A stretch of DNA of 64,000 nt from Enterovirga sp. Lineage in GTDB: Bacteria; Pseudomonadota; Alphaproteobacteria; Rhizobiales; Beijerinckiaceae. The notes beneath the pieces were generated by a model. That model worked only from the letters and a program-made list of their open reading frames with translations. It was not told where the DNA came from and made no database searches. How positions within the stretch are numbered: the first letter of the stretch is position 1; each line of letters begins with the position of its first letter. The translations under genes were made by a program, and so were the position numbers. Below are positions 28,521-36,904 of the stretch, in pieces. Where the stretch lies: NCBI RefSeq assembly GCF_028290205.1, contig NZ_JAQGKF010000099.1, positions 10,496 through 74,495 of the forward strand. Reading direction: 5' to 3'.

Positions 28521-30386
28521 TCAGCTCGGTGCCGGGTCCTTGGCGGCCAGCGCCGAGGCGATCTGGCGGGCGAAGGCCACGGGATCGCGCGGCGTGTCGC
28601 CGTCCTGGATCCGGGCGAGATCGAGCAACGTCCCGGCTGCGTCCGACACGTCCTCTCCGGATTCGACGCGGCGCGCCAGCGTCTGCACCAGCGGATGCCG
28701 GCCGTTCACCTCCAGCACCGGCGCCAGCGCGCCGAGGCCGCGCCCGGCCCGCCGCAGCAGGCGCTGCATCTGCAGGTCCGGACCGTAGCCGGCGGAGGCC
28801 AGGACCACGGCGCTCTCGACCAGCCTATCCGTCGGCCGCACGTCCGACACGTCCTCGCCGAGCGCGGTCTTGAGGGCCTCAATCAGCCCGCCCAGCTCCG
28901 GCGCAGCCTCCGCGGCTTCGCCCTCGGCTGCAAAACGCGACAGGTCGACGGCGCCTTGCGTGATGCTGCGCAGCTTCTTGCCCTCGTATTCGCCGAGATG
29001 ATCGGGCCAGAACGCGTCGACATGGTCCGAGAGAAGCAGCACCTCGAGCCCGCGCGCCCGAAACCCCTCGACCTGCGGCGAGCGGGCGAGCGCGTCGGGG
29101 TCGTCCGCGATCAGGTAGAAGATCTCGTCCTGACCGTCCTTCATGCGGCCGAGATACTCGGCGAGCGAGGTCCAGCCCTCGGCCGTGGAGGAGCGGAAGC
29201 GCAGCAGCGGCGCGATCTCGGCCCGGCGCGCGCCGTCCTCGATCAGCCCCTCCTTCACGACCGGGCCGAAATTCTCCCAGAACCCGACATAATCCTCGGC
29301 GTTCTTGGCCCGGCTGCCGAGTTCGCTCAGCACGCGGCCGGTGACGGCCTTGCGGATGCGGGACAGGGCCGGGGTCGCCTGCAGCATCTCGCGCGAGACG
29401 TTGAGGGGGAGGTCGTCGGTGTCCACCACCCCGGCCACGAAGCGCAGCCAGTTTGGCAGCAATCCGGCCTCATCGGTGATGAACATGCGCCGCACATGCA
29501 GCCTGACCCGGCTCTCGCGCTCGCCTTCGACCGCCGCGAAGGGCTTCATGCCGGGCACGAACAGCAGCGCCGTGAACTCCGTCGCGCCCTCCGCGCGCCA
29601 GTGCAGGGTCGCCCACGGCTTGTCGAAGGCGTGCGCCACATGCCGGTAGAATTCGGCATAGCCGTCTTCGTCGATTTCGCCCTTCGGCTTGCGCCAGAGC
29701 GCCGTGCCCTGATTGCCTGCCATCTCCTCCGTCCCGCCGATGACGATCGGCAGGGCGATGTGGTCGGCCCATTTGCGGATGATGTGCTGCAGCCGGGTGG
29801 GCTCCAGGAACTCCTCGGCATCCTCTTTCAGGTGCAGCACGACGTCGGTGCCGGGCTCGGCCCGGCTCCCTGGCGTCAGCGTGAAGCTGCCCTGTCCCTC
29901 GGACGCCCAGGTCCAGGCCTCGTCCGTTCCCGCCCGGCGGGACACGACCTCGACCCGGTCCGCGACCATGAAGGCGGAGTAGAAGCCGACGCCGAACTGG
30001 CCGATCAGGTTCGGGCGTTCGCCCGGGCTCGCTTCCGCGAGCGACTGGCTGAACGCGCGCGTGCCCGACCGGGCGATGGTGCCGAGGTCGCGGGTCAACT
30101 CCTCCTTGCCCATGCCGAGCCCGTCATCGGTGACGGTGAGCGTGCGGCCGGCCTTGTCGGGCACGATCCGCACCTTGGGGCTCTCCGGCATGGACAGCGC
30201 CGCGTCGGTCAGGGCCGCGAAGCGGCGCCGGTCGGTCGCGTCGGCCGCGTTGGCCACGAGTTCGCGCAGAAAGATCTCCCGGTCGGAATAGAGCGCGTGG
30301 ACGACCAGATCGAGCAACCGCCCGACCTCCGCGCCGAATTCATGCCGCTCGACCGTTCCGGTTGAGGTCTTTTCGCTGTCGCTCAC
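28521..30386 (-). CDS. htpG: molecular chaperone HtpG (Hsp90)
   Basis: GTG after AAGGAGG; [46 protein letters not shown]. Confidence 0.96.
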   Translation of the reverse strand: MSDSEKTSTGTVERHEFGAEVGRLLDLVVHALYSDREIFLRELVANAADATDRRRFAALTDAALSMPESPKVRIVPDKAGRTLTVTDDGLGMGKEELTRDLGTIARSGTRAFSQSLAEASPGERPNLIGQFGVGFYSAFMVADRVEVVSRRAGTDEAWTWASEGQGSFTLTPGSRAEPGTDVVLHLKEDAEEFLEPTRLQHIIRKWADHIALPIVIGGTEEMAGNQGTALWRKPKGEIDEDGYAEFYRHVAHAFDKPWATLHWRAEGATEFTALLFVPGMKPFAAVEGERESRVRLHVRRMFITDEAGLLPNWLRFVAGVVDTDDLPLNVSREMLQATPALSRIRKAVTGRVLSELGSRAKNAEDYVGFWENFGPVVKEGLIEDGARRAEIAPLLRFRSSTAEGWTSLAEYLGRMKDGQDEIFYLIADDPDALARSPQVEGFRARGLEVLLLSDHVDAFWPDHLGEYEGKKLRSITQGAVDLSRFAAEGEAAEAAPELGGLIEALKTALGEDVSDVRPTDRLVESAVVLASAGYGPDLQMQRLLRRAGRGLGALAPVLEVNGRHPLVQTLARRVESGEDVSDAAGTLLDLARIQDGDTPRDPVAFARQIASALAAKDPAPS

Positions 30387-30512
30387 GCCGTTCCTCCTTG
30401 TCCGGCCGCGATATGCAGCCGCCGGGGACACGTTTCAACCGGGTTCGACAGTGGACGCCCGGCCTTCCGTGCGCTTACGGTCCGGCTCCCGCGGCGCCCC
30501 CGAGAGACCTCG

Positions 30513-31949
30513 ATGCCAGCTTTCGACCTCGCCATTCGGGGCGGCACGGTGGTGACCGCAGCCGATACAGTCCGGGCGGATGTCGGCATCCGGGACGGCC
30601 GGATCGTGGCGGTCGCGGAGCGCGTCGAGGGCGCCTCGCGCGAGATCGACGCCTCCGGTCTCCTGGTCCTGCCCGGCGGCATCGACAGCCATGTCCACAT
30701 CGCCCAGGATTCCGGGCCCGGCATCACGATGGCGGATGATTTCGCCTCGGCGACCCGCGCCGCGGCGGCGGGCGGCAACACCTGCGTGATGCCGTTCGCG
30801 ATGCAGAAGAAGGGCGAGAGCCTGCGCGGCGCCGTGGAGGCGTATCGCCGCCTCGCCGAAGGCCAGTGCCTGATCGATGTCGGCTTCCACCTGATCATCT
30901 CGGACCCGACGCCCGAAGTGCTGGGCCAGGAGCTCCCGGCGCTGCTGAAGGACGGTTTCACCTCGTTCAAGGTCTTCATGACCTACGACGACCTGGTCCT
31001 CTCCGACCGCCAGTTGCTCGACGTGTTCGACGTCGCCCGGCAGGAGGGCGCGCTCGTGATGGTGCATGCGGAGGGCTATGACGCCATCCGCTACATGACG
31101 GAGCGCCTGGAGCGCGCCGGCCGCACCGCGCCGATCGGGCACGCGCTGTCCCGCCCCGAGGTCGTGGAGCGCGAAGCCGCGCACCGGGCGATCAGCCACG
31201 CCGAACTCGTGGACGTGCCGATCATGATCGTCCACGTCTCCGGCCGCGAGGCCATGGAGCAGGTGCGCTGGGCGCAGGCGCGCGGCCTCAAGGTCTATGC
31301 CGAGACCTGCCCCCAATACATCACGCTCACGGCCGAGGACCTGGATCGGGTCGACATGGAGGGGGCGAAATACGTGTGCTCGCCGCCGCCGCGGGACCAG
31401 GAGAGCCAGCGCGCCATCTGGGAGGGGATCGAGCAGGGCGTGTTCCAGCTCTTCTCCTCCGACCATTGCCCGTTCCGCTATGACGATCCGAAGGGCAAGC
31501 TGAACCCGCGCGGCCGCTCCTCGTTCAGGTGGGTGCCGAACGGCATCCCGGGCATCGAGACCCGGCTGCCAATCCTGTTCTCGGAGGGCGTGTCCGCCGG
31601 GCGCATCAGCCTGAACCGCTTTGTCGAGCTCACCTCCACAAACCACGCCAAATTCTACGGCCTCTATCCCCGCAAGGGCTCGATCGCTCCGGGCTTCGAC
31701 GCCGACATCACGATCTGGGACCCGGCCCGCCGGGAGACGATCCGGCAGGACGCCTTGCATCATGGTTCCGACTACACGCCCTGGGAAGGTTTCGAGGTGA
31801 CCGGCTGGCCGGTCACCACGGTGGCCGGCGGCCGGGTGGTGTTCGACCGGGGGCGCTTCGTGGACGAGGCTCCGGCCGGGCGCGTGCTCCAGCGGGACCT
31901 GTCGCCCTATGCGGTGCCGCGCGGCCGTGCCCCGGCGCCTTCCGCCTGA
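30513..31949 (+). CDS. hydA: dihydropyrimidinase / hydantoinase
   Basis: PGGIDSHVH, SFKVFMTY, MVHAE, VHVS, ETCPQY, SSDHCPF, PNGIPGIETRL. Confidence 0.92.
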   Translation: MPAFDLAIRGGTVVTAADTVRADVGIRDGRIVAVAERVEGASREIDASGLLVLPGGIDSHVHIAQDSGPGITMADDFASATRAAAAGGNTCVMPFAMQKKGESLRGAVEAYRRLAEGQCLIDVGFHLIISDPTPEVLGQELPALLKDGFTSFKVFMTYDDLVLSDRQLLDVFDVARQEGALVMVHAEGYDAIRYMTERLERAGRTAPIGHALSRPEVVEREAAHRAISHAELVDVPIMIVHVSGREAMEQVRWAQARGLKVYAETCPQYITLTAEDLDRVDMEGAKYVCSPPPRDQESQRAIWEGIEQGVFQLFSSDHCPFRYDDPKGKLNPRGRSSFRWVPNGIPGIETRLPILFSEGVSAGRISLNRFVELTSTNHAKFYGLYPRKGSIAPGFDADITIWDPARRETIRQDALHHGSDYTPWEGFEVTGWPVTTVAGGRVVFDRGRFVDEAPAGRVLQRDLSPYAVPRGRAPAPSA

Positions 31950-31970
31950 CCGCACGACAAGGACACGACG

Positions 31971-32351
31971 ATGGACATGGACCTGCCCGAGGTGAAGGCC
32001 GAGGTCGAGGCGGCGTTCGCGCTCTATGAGCAGGCCCTTGGCGACAACGACGTCGAGACGCTGGAAGCTCTGTTTCGAGACGACCCGCGCACCATCCGGT
32101 ACGGGGTGGGCGAGAACCTCTACGGCATGGACGAGATCCGGGCCTTCCGGCGCGCCCGGTCGCCGGTCGGGCTCGCCCGAACCATCCACCGAACTGTGAT
32201 CACGACCTATGGCCGCGATTTCGCGACGGCCTCGACCCTGTTTCACCGCGACTCCTCGGCCGGCAAGCTCGGCCGTCAAATGCAGACCTGGGTGCGGTTT
32301 CCGGAGGGTTGGCGCATCGTCGCCGCCCATGTGAGCGTGATCGAGGGCTGA
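31971..32351 (+). CDS. hpxZ: HpxZ/AtzH-like (DUF3225, NTF2-like) protein
   Basis: AF..YE.AL..ND, TIRYGVGENLYG..EI.AFR, GRQMQTWVRFPEGWRIVAAHVS. Confidence 0.88.
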   Translation: MDMDLPEVKAEVEAAFALYEQALGDNDVETLEALFRDDPRTIRYGVGENLYGMDEIRAFRRARSPVGLARTIHRTVITTYGRDFATASTLFHRDSSAGKLGRQMQTWVRFPEGWRIVAAHVSVIEG

Positions 32352-32418
32352 CGCCTGCGCTCCGGCGAAGGGCCACGGCGGGTCCGGTCGGTCGAGTAAC
32401 CATCTCGCGCGAAGGTCT

Positions 32419-32446
32419 TTGCCTCCCTGAAAACACGCCGTACGGT
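32419..32446 (+). promoter_or_regulatory. candidate sigma70 promoter for the tRNA-like RNA
   Basis: TTGCCT (32419-32424), 16-nt spacer, TACGGT (32441-32446), ending 8 nt before the RNA 5' end. Confidence 0.5.
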
Positions 32447-32454
32447 TGAGACGT

Positions 32455-32531
32455 GGCCCGATGGGGGAGTGGCGACTCGCAGGCGGTGCAACGCCGAGCA
32501 GCCCCGGTTCAAATCCGGGGTCGGGCCTCCA
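32455..32531 (+). tRNA. non-canonical tRNA-Cys(GCA)-like RNA (atypical or pseudo tRNA)
   Basis: GGCCCGA/TCGGGCC acceptor stem, T73-CCA, CCCCGG-TTCAAAT-CCGGGG T-arm, AGTGG D-loop-like segment, T-GCA-A triplet in a 6-nt loop closed by GGCG/CGCC. Confidence 0.75.
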
Positions 32532-32623
32532 GCGCTCGGGTCCAAGGACCAGCTCTCGCGATCCCCGTCGTCGAAGTCCGGTCAGCTCCCGATCTGGGCT
32601 GGGTCTAGGTGTCGGAGTGGGTG

Positions 32624-33184
32624 ATGCGGGCTCTCGCTGGTGTCGTCCTGGCGTTCGTGGCCGTGGCTGGAAGCGCCGCCGCCAGTGATCCACCGCTGCG
32701 CCCAGACCCTGCCCTGCGGCTGGCCCAGCAATCGCTCCGTCCGCCCACGCGGGCCCCCGCGGCCACCCCCGTGCCCGATGGCGGGCTCGTCGACGCGACC
32801 GATGCCGGGCGTCTGGCCGGCCTGATGCAGAGCTGGGGCTGGCTCGCCAAAGTGTCGAAGGACTCGGCCGGAGACCCGCGCATCGAGAGCAAGATCTCGA
32901 AAAGCACCTTCTCGGTGACGTTCTACGGCTGCGACAAGGGGCAGAACTGCACCTCGGTGTCGCTGGAGACAGCCTATATCGTCGAGCCGAAGGCCAGTCT
33001 CGAGACCATCAACAAATGGAACAGAGAGAAGCGCTGGGGCCAGGCTGCGCTGAATGTGCGCGGCAACCCGACGCTGTCTCTGGCCATCAACCTGGATCAG
33101 GGCGTCAGCCCGAAGAACCTGGAATCGACCTTCGAGCGCTGGCGCACCAACGTGACGGCCTTCGAACAGGCCATCGGCTGGTAG
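32624..33184 (+). CDS. secreted YbjN-domain protein
   Basis: Signal peptide; DSAGDPRI, FYGC...CTS, INKWN.EKRW, NL.QGVS. Confidence 0.8.
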   Translation: MRALAGVVLAFVAVAGSAAASDPPLRPDPALRLAQQSLRPPTRAPAATPVPDGGLVDATDAGRLAGLMQSWGWLAKVSKDSAGDPRIESKISKSTFSVTFYGCDKGQNCTSVSLETAYIVEPKASLETINKWNREKRWGQAALNVRGNPTLSLAINLDQGVSPKNLESTFERWRTNVTAFEQAIGW

Positions 33185-33238
33185 CCGGTCGGCCGGTCGG
33201 CTCCGCGGAGCCGCCGGCCTGTGCAGAGGGGCCCGCGC

Positions 33239-33763
33239 TCAGGTCGGCAGGCGGCCGTCCGGCGTGTAGCGGTCCACGGCCTGCGGCAGCTCGCGGGACA
33301 GACGCGCCAGCAACTCCTCGCGCGACAGGCCGGTCTGCTGCGACAGGGTCGCGAGCGTGTCGGAGCCGATGGCGCGCTCGAGATCGGGCGGCGGCAATTC
33401 GCGGTTCGGTCCGGTGGAGATCCAGGAATCGGCGGCCTCGCCCTGGCCCGCCTGCTTGAAGCGGTCCACCAGTTCGCCGAGGCCTCCGCTGAGCAGGCCG
33501 CCCGCCGTGGCGCCGCCACCGAGGCCGCCCAAAAGGCCGCCCAAGCCGCCCAACCCGCCGACATTGCCGGCGCCACCCTGCTGGCCCATGCCTCCGCCTT
33601 GTTGGCCCATGCCTCCAGCTTGCCCGCCCGGCAGGCGCATGCCGCCCGCGCCCTGCGCGCCACCGAGGCCGTTCAGCATTTCGGCGATCTTGTCCCGGTT
33701 CTGGTAACCGGCGACGGCGAGGAGGCCCAGTAGGGCAGTCATGGACGGGAAGCCGCGGCTCAT
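33239..33763 (-). CDS. yidB: YidB (DUF937) family protein
   Basis: [44 protein letters not shown]; Gly/Gln linker with a GGMGQQGG repeat. Confidence 0.85.
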   Translation of the reverse strand: MSRGFPSMTALLGLLAVAGYQNRDKIAEMLNGLGGAQGAGGMRLPGGQAGGMGQQGGGMGQQGGAGNVGGLGGLGGLLGGLGGGATAGGLLSGGLGELVDRFKQAGQGEAADSWISTGPNRELPPPDLERAIGSDTLATLSQQTGLSREELLARLSRELPQAVDRYTPDGRLPT

Positions 33764-33766
33764 GTG

Positions 33767-34471
33767 TCAATCTCCGTTCGGGAGATTACGCGCGAGAGCC
33801 GATCCGGGTTCCGGGTCCTGGTCGGCGAAGCGCCAGACCCGGGTGAGCTTGATCTCGGCATCCTCGAGCGACCGCGTCACCGGGACGCAATAGCTCGCCA
33901 TCTCGGCGAGCCGGGCCACCGGCAGGTAGCTGCGGCCGGGATCGCCGATCAGCACCGTCGCGCCCCGCCGGGCGAGGGCGTGCAGCCACGCCTCCATCCG
34001 GCCGGCGATGTCGCGGTCGTAGAAGATGTCCCCGGCCAGGACGGCGTCCCAACCCTCGTCGCGCCCGACCAGGTCTTCGTGCCGGACCCGCAGCGCGACG
34101 CCGTTCGCGGCCGCGTTCAGCGGGATGGCTTCGGCCGCGAAATCGTCGATCTCGGCGGCCTCGACCGAGGCCGCTCCGCACCGCGCCGCCGCGATGGCCA
34201 CGAGGCCGGATCCGGAGGCGACGTCGAGCACGCGGCGGCCGGCCAGAAGCTCGGCCCTGTCCAGGCAGAATCGGGCGAGCGCCTGTCCGCCGGCCCAGGC
34301 AAAGGCCCAGAAGGGCGGCGGCAGGCCGATCCCGCCGAGCTCGTCCTCCGTGCGCTGCCACAAGTCGGTGGCCTCGTGCGCGAGGTGGAGGCGGATCTCC
34401 GGAACCAGCGGAACGGGAAGCAGCCGGGTCTCGGCGCGGATAAAGGCGGCGCGGTCGAGGATCGGCGTCAT
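33767..34471 (-). CDS. class I SAM-dependent methyltransferase (lysine methyltransferase / PrmA-like)
   Basis: PPPFWAFAWAGGQALAR, VLDVASGSGL, LAGDIFY, DPGRSY. Confidence 0.88.
   Translation of the reverse strand: MTPILDRAAFIRAETRLLPVPLVPEIRLHLAHEATDLWQRTEDELGGIGLPPPFWAFAWAGGQALARFCLDRAELLAGRRVLDVASGSGLVAIAAARCGAASVEAAEIDDFAAEAIPLNAAANGVALRVRHEDLVGRDEGWDAVLAGDIFYDRDIAGRMEAWLHALARRGATVLIGDPGRSYLPVARLAEMASYCVPVTRSLEDAEIKLTRVWRFADQDPEPGSALARNLPNGD
33787..33812 (-). promoter_or_regulatory. candidate EcfG-type promoter for yidB
   Basis: GGAAC-N17-CGTA on the minus strand, inside the 3' end of the upstream methyltransferase gene. Confidence 0.4.
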
Positions 34472-35610
34472 GCGGGCGCGGCGTCGCCCAGCATCCCGCG
34501 ATACAGCGCCTTCACGCCCTCCATCACGTCCCGTTCGGTGAAGCCGTCGAGCACGCGGCGGCGCGCCGCCTCGCCCATCCGGGCCACCCCTGCGGGATCG
34601 GCGGCGAGGGCCAGAAAGGCGGCGGCCAGCGCGCCCGGGTCGCCCGGCGGCACGATGCGGCCTTCCAGCCCGTCGCGAACCAGACGGCGGCAGCCCGGCA
34701 CGTCCGTGGTCACGACCGCGCGGCCCGAGGCGGCCGCTTCCAGCAGCGTCCGGGGCAGGCCCTCGCCGCCGCGCGACGGCAGGCAGGCGACGTGGTGCCC
34801 GCGCCACACCGCCGCCACGTCGGCCGAGGGGCCGTGCCACGCGATCCCGGGCTCGGCCGACCACGCCCGCAGGTCCGCCTCGCGCAGAGCCTTGGGGTTC
34901 GATGGATCGGGCGCGCCAAAGAGGCTGAGTTCGACATCGGCCCCGGCGGCCCGGGCCAGCCGGGTCGCTTCCACGGCGACGTCGATGCCCTTGGACCAGA
35001 GCATGCGGGACACCACGGCGATCCGCAGCGGCGGATGGGTCGGCAGCGGCGAGGCCCCCCAGACCTCCGGGTCGATGCCGGCACCGCCCACGACCGCGAC
35101 ACGGGCAGGGTCGGAGGGATCGAGCCCGAGCAGGCGGGCGTCGTCCTCGTTCTCGAACAGGTAGCGCGTGCCGCGGCTGGCCAGGGGACCGCGCAGAACC
35201 GACCGGATCGCCAGCCGGGCGGCGCGGCCGACCAGGTCGGGCCTGGCGCCCAGATAGCCGAGCCCGGTCAGGGCAAAGACCCGCCGGTCGATTCCGGCCA
35301 TCAGCGCGGCCGTGCCGCCGAGCAGGATTCCCCGCAGCGCGATGCAGTGGACGATGTCCGGCCGCACGGCCTTGAGGATGGCGGCGAGCCGCCCGGCCGC
35401 GTCGCCGGCCGCGATCGGGTTGAGGCTGCGGCGCTCGGCTTCGAGCGGAACCACCCGCGCGCCCTCGCGCTCGATCGCCTCGCGGTGCTCGCGGACCCGG
35501 GTGATCACCGTCACGTCGAGACCGATCTCCCGGGCCGCCCGCAGCATCGGCAGGAAATGGGAGACGAAGAACCAATCCTCCGTGACCACAAAGGCGAGGC
35601 GGGGGCTCAC
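34468..35610 (-). CDS. glycosyltransferase family 4
   Basis: VVTEDWFFVSHF, FENEDD, KGID, EGLPRTLLEAAASG..VVTTDVPGCR. Confidence 0.92.
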   Translation of the reverse strand: MSPRLAFVVTEDWFFVSHFLPMLRAAREIGLDVTVITRVREHREAIEREGARVVPLEAERRSLNPIAAGDAAGRLAAILKAVRPDIVHCIALRGILLGGTAALMAGIDRRVFALTGLGYLGARPDLVGRAARLAIRSVLRGPLASRGTRYLFENEDDARLLGLDPSDPARVAVVGGAGIDPEVWGASPLPTHPPLRIAVVSRMLWSKGIDVAVEATRLARAAGADVELSLFGAPDPSNPKALREADLRAWSAEPGIAWHGPSADVAAVWRGHHVACLPSRGGEGLPRTLLEAAASGRAVVTTDVPGCRRLVRDGLEGRIVPPGDPGALAAAFLALAADPAGVARMGEAARRRVLDGFTERDVMEGVKALYRGMLGDAAPA

Positions 35611-36245
35611 CTGAGGAACGGGTTGGTGGCCTTCTCCTGGCCGATGGTCGAGCCCGGCCCGTGCCCGGGAAGGAAGGCGACGTCGTCGCCGAGGGGCAGG
35701 AGCTTGGTCGTGATGGACGAGATCAGCATCTCGTGGCTGCCGCCCGGCAGGTCGGTGCGGCCGACGGAGCCCTGAAACAGCACGTCGCCCATGAAGCAGA
35801 ACCCCAGGCTGGGCGCGAACAGCACCACGCTGCCCGGCGAATGGCCCGGGCAATGCAGCACCTCGAAGGTGACGCCGGCGATGTCCAGCGTCTCGCCCTC
35901 CGCGAGGTAGCGGTCCGGCTCGACATTGCGCACGTCGTCCATGCCGTATTGCCGGCCCTGGATCTCAAGCCGCTGCAGCAGCGGCCGGTCGCCCTCGTGC
36001 GGGCCGATGATCTTGACCCCGAGATCGGCCGCGAGTTCGGCCGCACCGCCGGCGTGGTCGATATGGCCGTGGGTCAGGACGATGGCCTCGGCCGTGACGC
36101 CGAGCCGGTCGAGCGCCGCCCGGATGGTCGGCACGTCGCCGCCGGGATCGACCACGACGCCGCGCTTGGTGGCCTCCGACCAGGCGATCGAGCAGTTCTG
36201 CTGGAAGGGCGTGACGGGCACGACCTGGATGTTGAAATCGGCCAT
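35607..36245 (-). CDS. MBL-fold metallo-hydrolase (GloC/YcbL-like)
   Basis: THGHIDHAGG, HCPGHSPG, GDVLF.GS.GRTD, PGHG. Confidence 0.92.
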   Translation of the reverse strand: MADFNIQVVPVTPFQQNCSIAWSEATKRGVVVDPGGDVPTIRAALDRLGVTAEAIVLTHGHIDHAGGAAELAADLGVKIIGPHEGDRPLLQRLEIQGRQYGMDDVRNVEPDRYLAEGETLDIAGVTFEVLHCPGHSPGSVVLFAPSLGFCFMGDVLFQGSVGRTDLPGGSHEMLISSITTKLLPLGDDVAFLPGHGPGSTIGQEKATNPFLR

Positions 36246-36309
36246 GGGGCTCCCTCGGATGGCCGCTGATTGGAGGATCGGCGGGCCCCGGACAAGCCCG
36301 GCACGGCGA

Positions 36310-36765
36310 TCAGGGGAGGGCGACCGCGCCGGAGCCGGGCAGCCGCGACGGATTGGCGCGCGCCGCCCGCTGCAGCGCGGCCAGAATGGACACGGTCACC
36401 AGCCCGCCGATCATGCCGACATGCTCGGCCGCAATGTGGAACGCGTGGACCGAGGCCTCGCCGTCCAGCGCCCAGAAGCGGTGCACGAGCGGAATGGTGA
36501 GCGCGGTGAAGATCCCCAGCGCGCCGGCGCCGAGCCAGGTCAGCCGGTTGCTGATCACGAGGGCGGAGCCGACGAGCTGCACCGTGACGGTGGCGGCCGC
36601 GAAGAGGGCGCCGGGCCGCAATCCGAACCCCTCCAGGACCGCGACCGCGGCGTCGAAGCCAAACAGCTTGTCGAGGCCGCTGCCCCAGAACGGAAAGGTC
36701 AGAAGAATGCGGGCCAGAACGCTGGCCCCCCGATGCAGAAGCAGCGCGTCGATGGTCCTGGACAT
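36310..36765 (-). CDS. DoxX family membrane protein
   Basis: ARILLTFPFWGSGLDK, HRFW, EHVGMIGGL. Confidence 0.85.
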   Translation of the reverse strand: MSRTIDALLLHRGASVLARILLTFPFWGSGLDKLFGFDAAVAVLEGFGLRPGALFAAATVTVQLVGSALVISNRLTWLGAGALGIFTALTIPLVHRFWALDGEASVHAFHIAAEHVGMIGGLVTVSILAALQRAARANPSRLPGSGAVALP

Positions 36766-36904
36766 GAGGCTCCCCAGGTAGGTGAACCGCCCGAAGGCCT
36801 GGCCCGTCGCGGCCGTTGCCATCCGGGACCGTGTGGGGGCCCCGACGAGGCCCGGCGGTCACCGGCCATGGCCTCCCGACGGGCTTGCCGCTATCTCACG
36901 TCCC

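Noticed and set aside
32455-32531. Calling the atypical RNA tRNA-Sec (selC)
   Set aside because: The triplet is GCA not TCA, there is no long variable arm, the discriminator is T, and no selA/selB/selD lie in the window.
33575-33625. Direct repeat TGGCCCATGCCTCC x2
   Set aside because: Simply encodes the GGMGQQ linker repeat in YidB.
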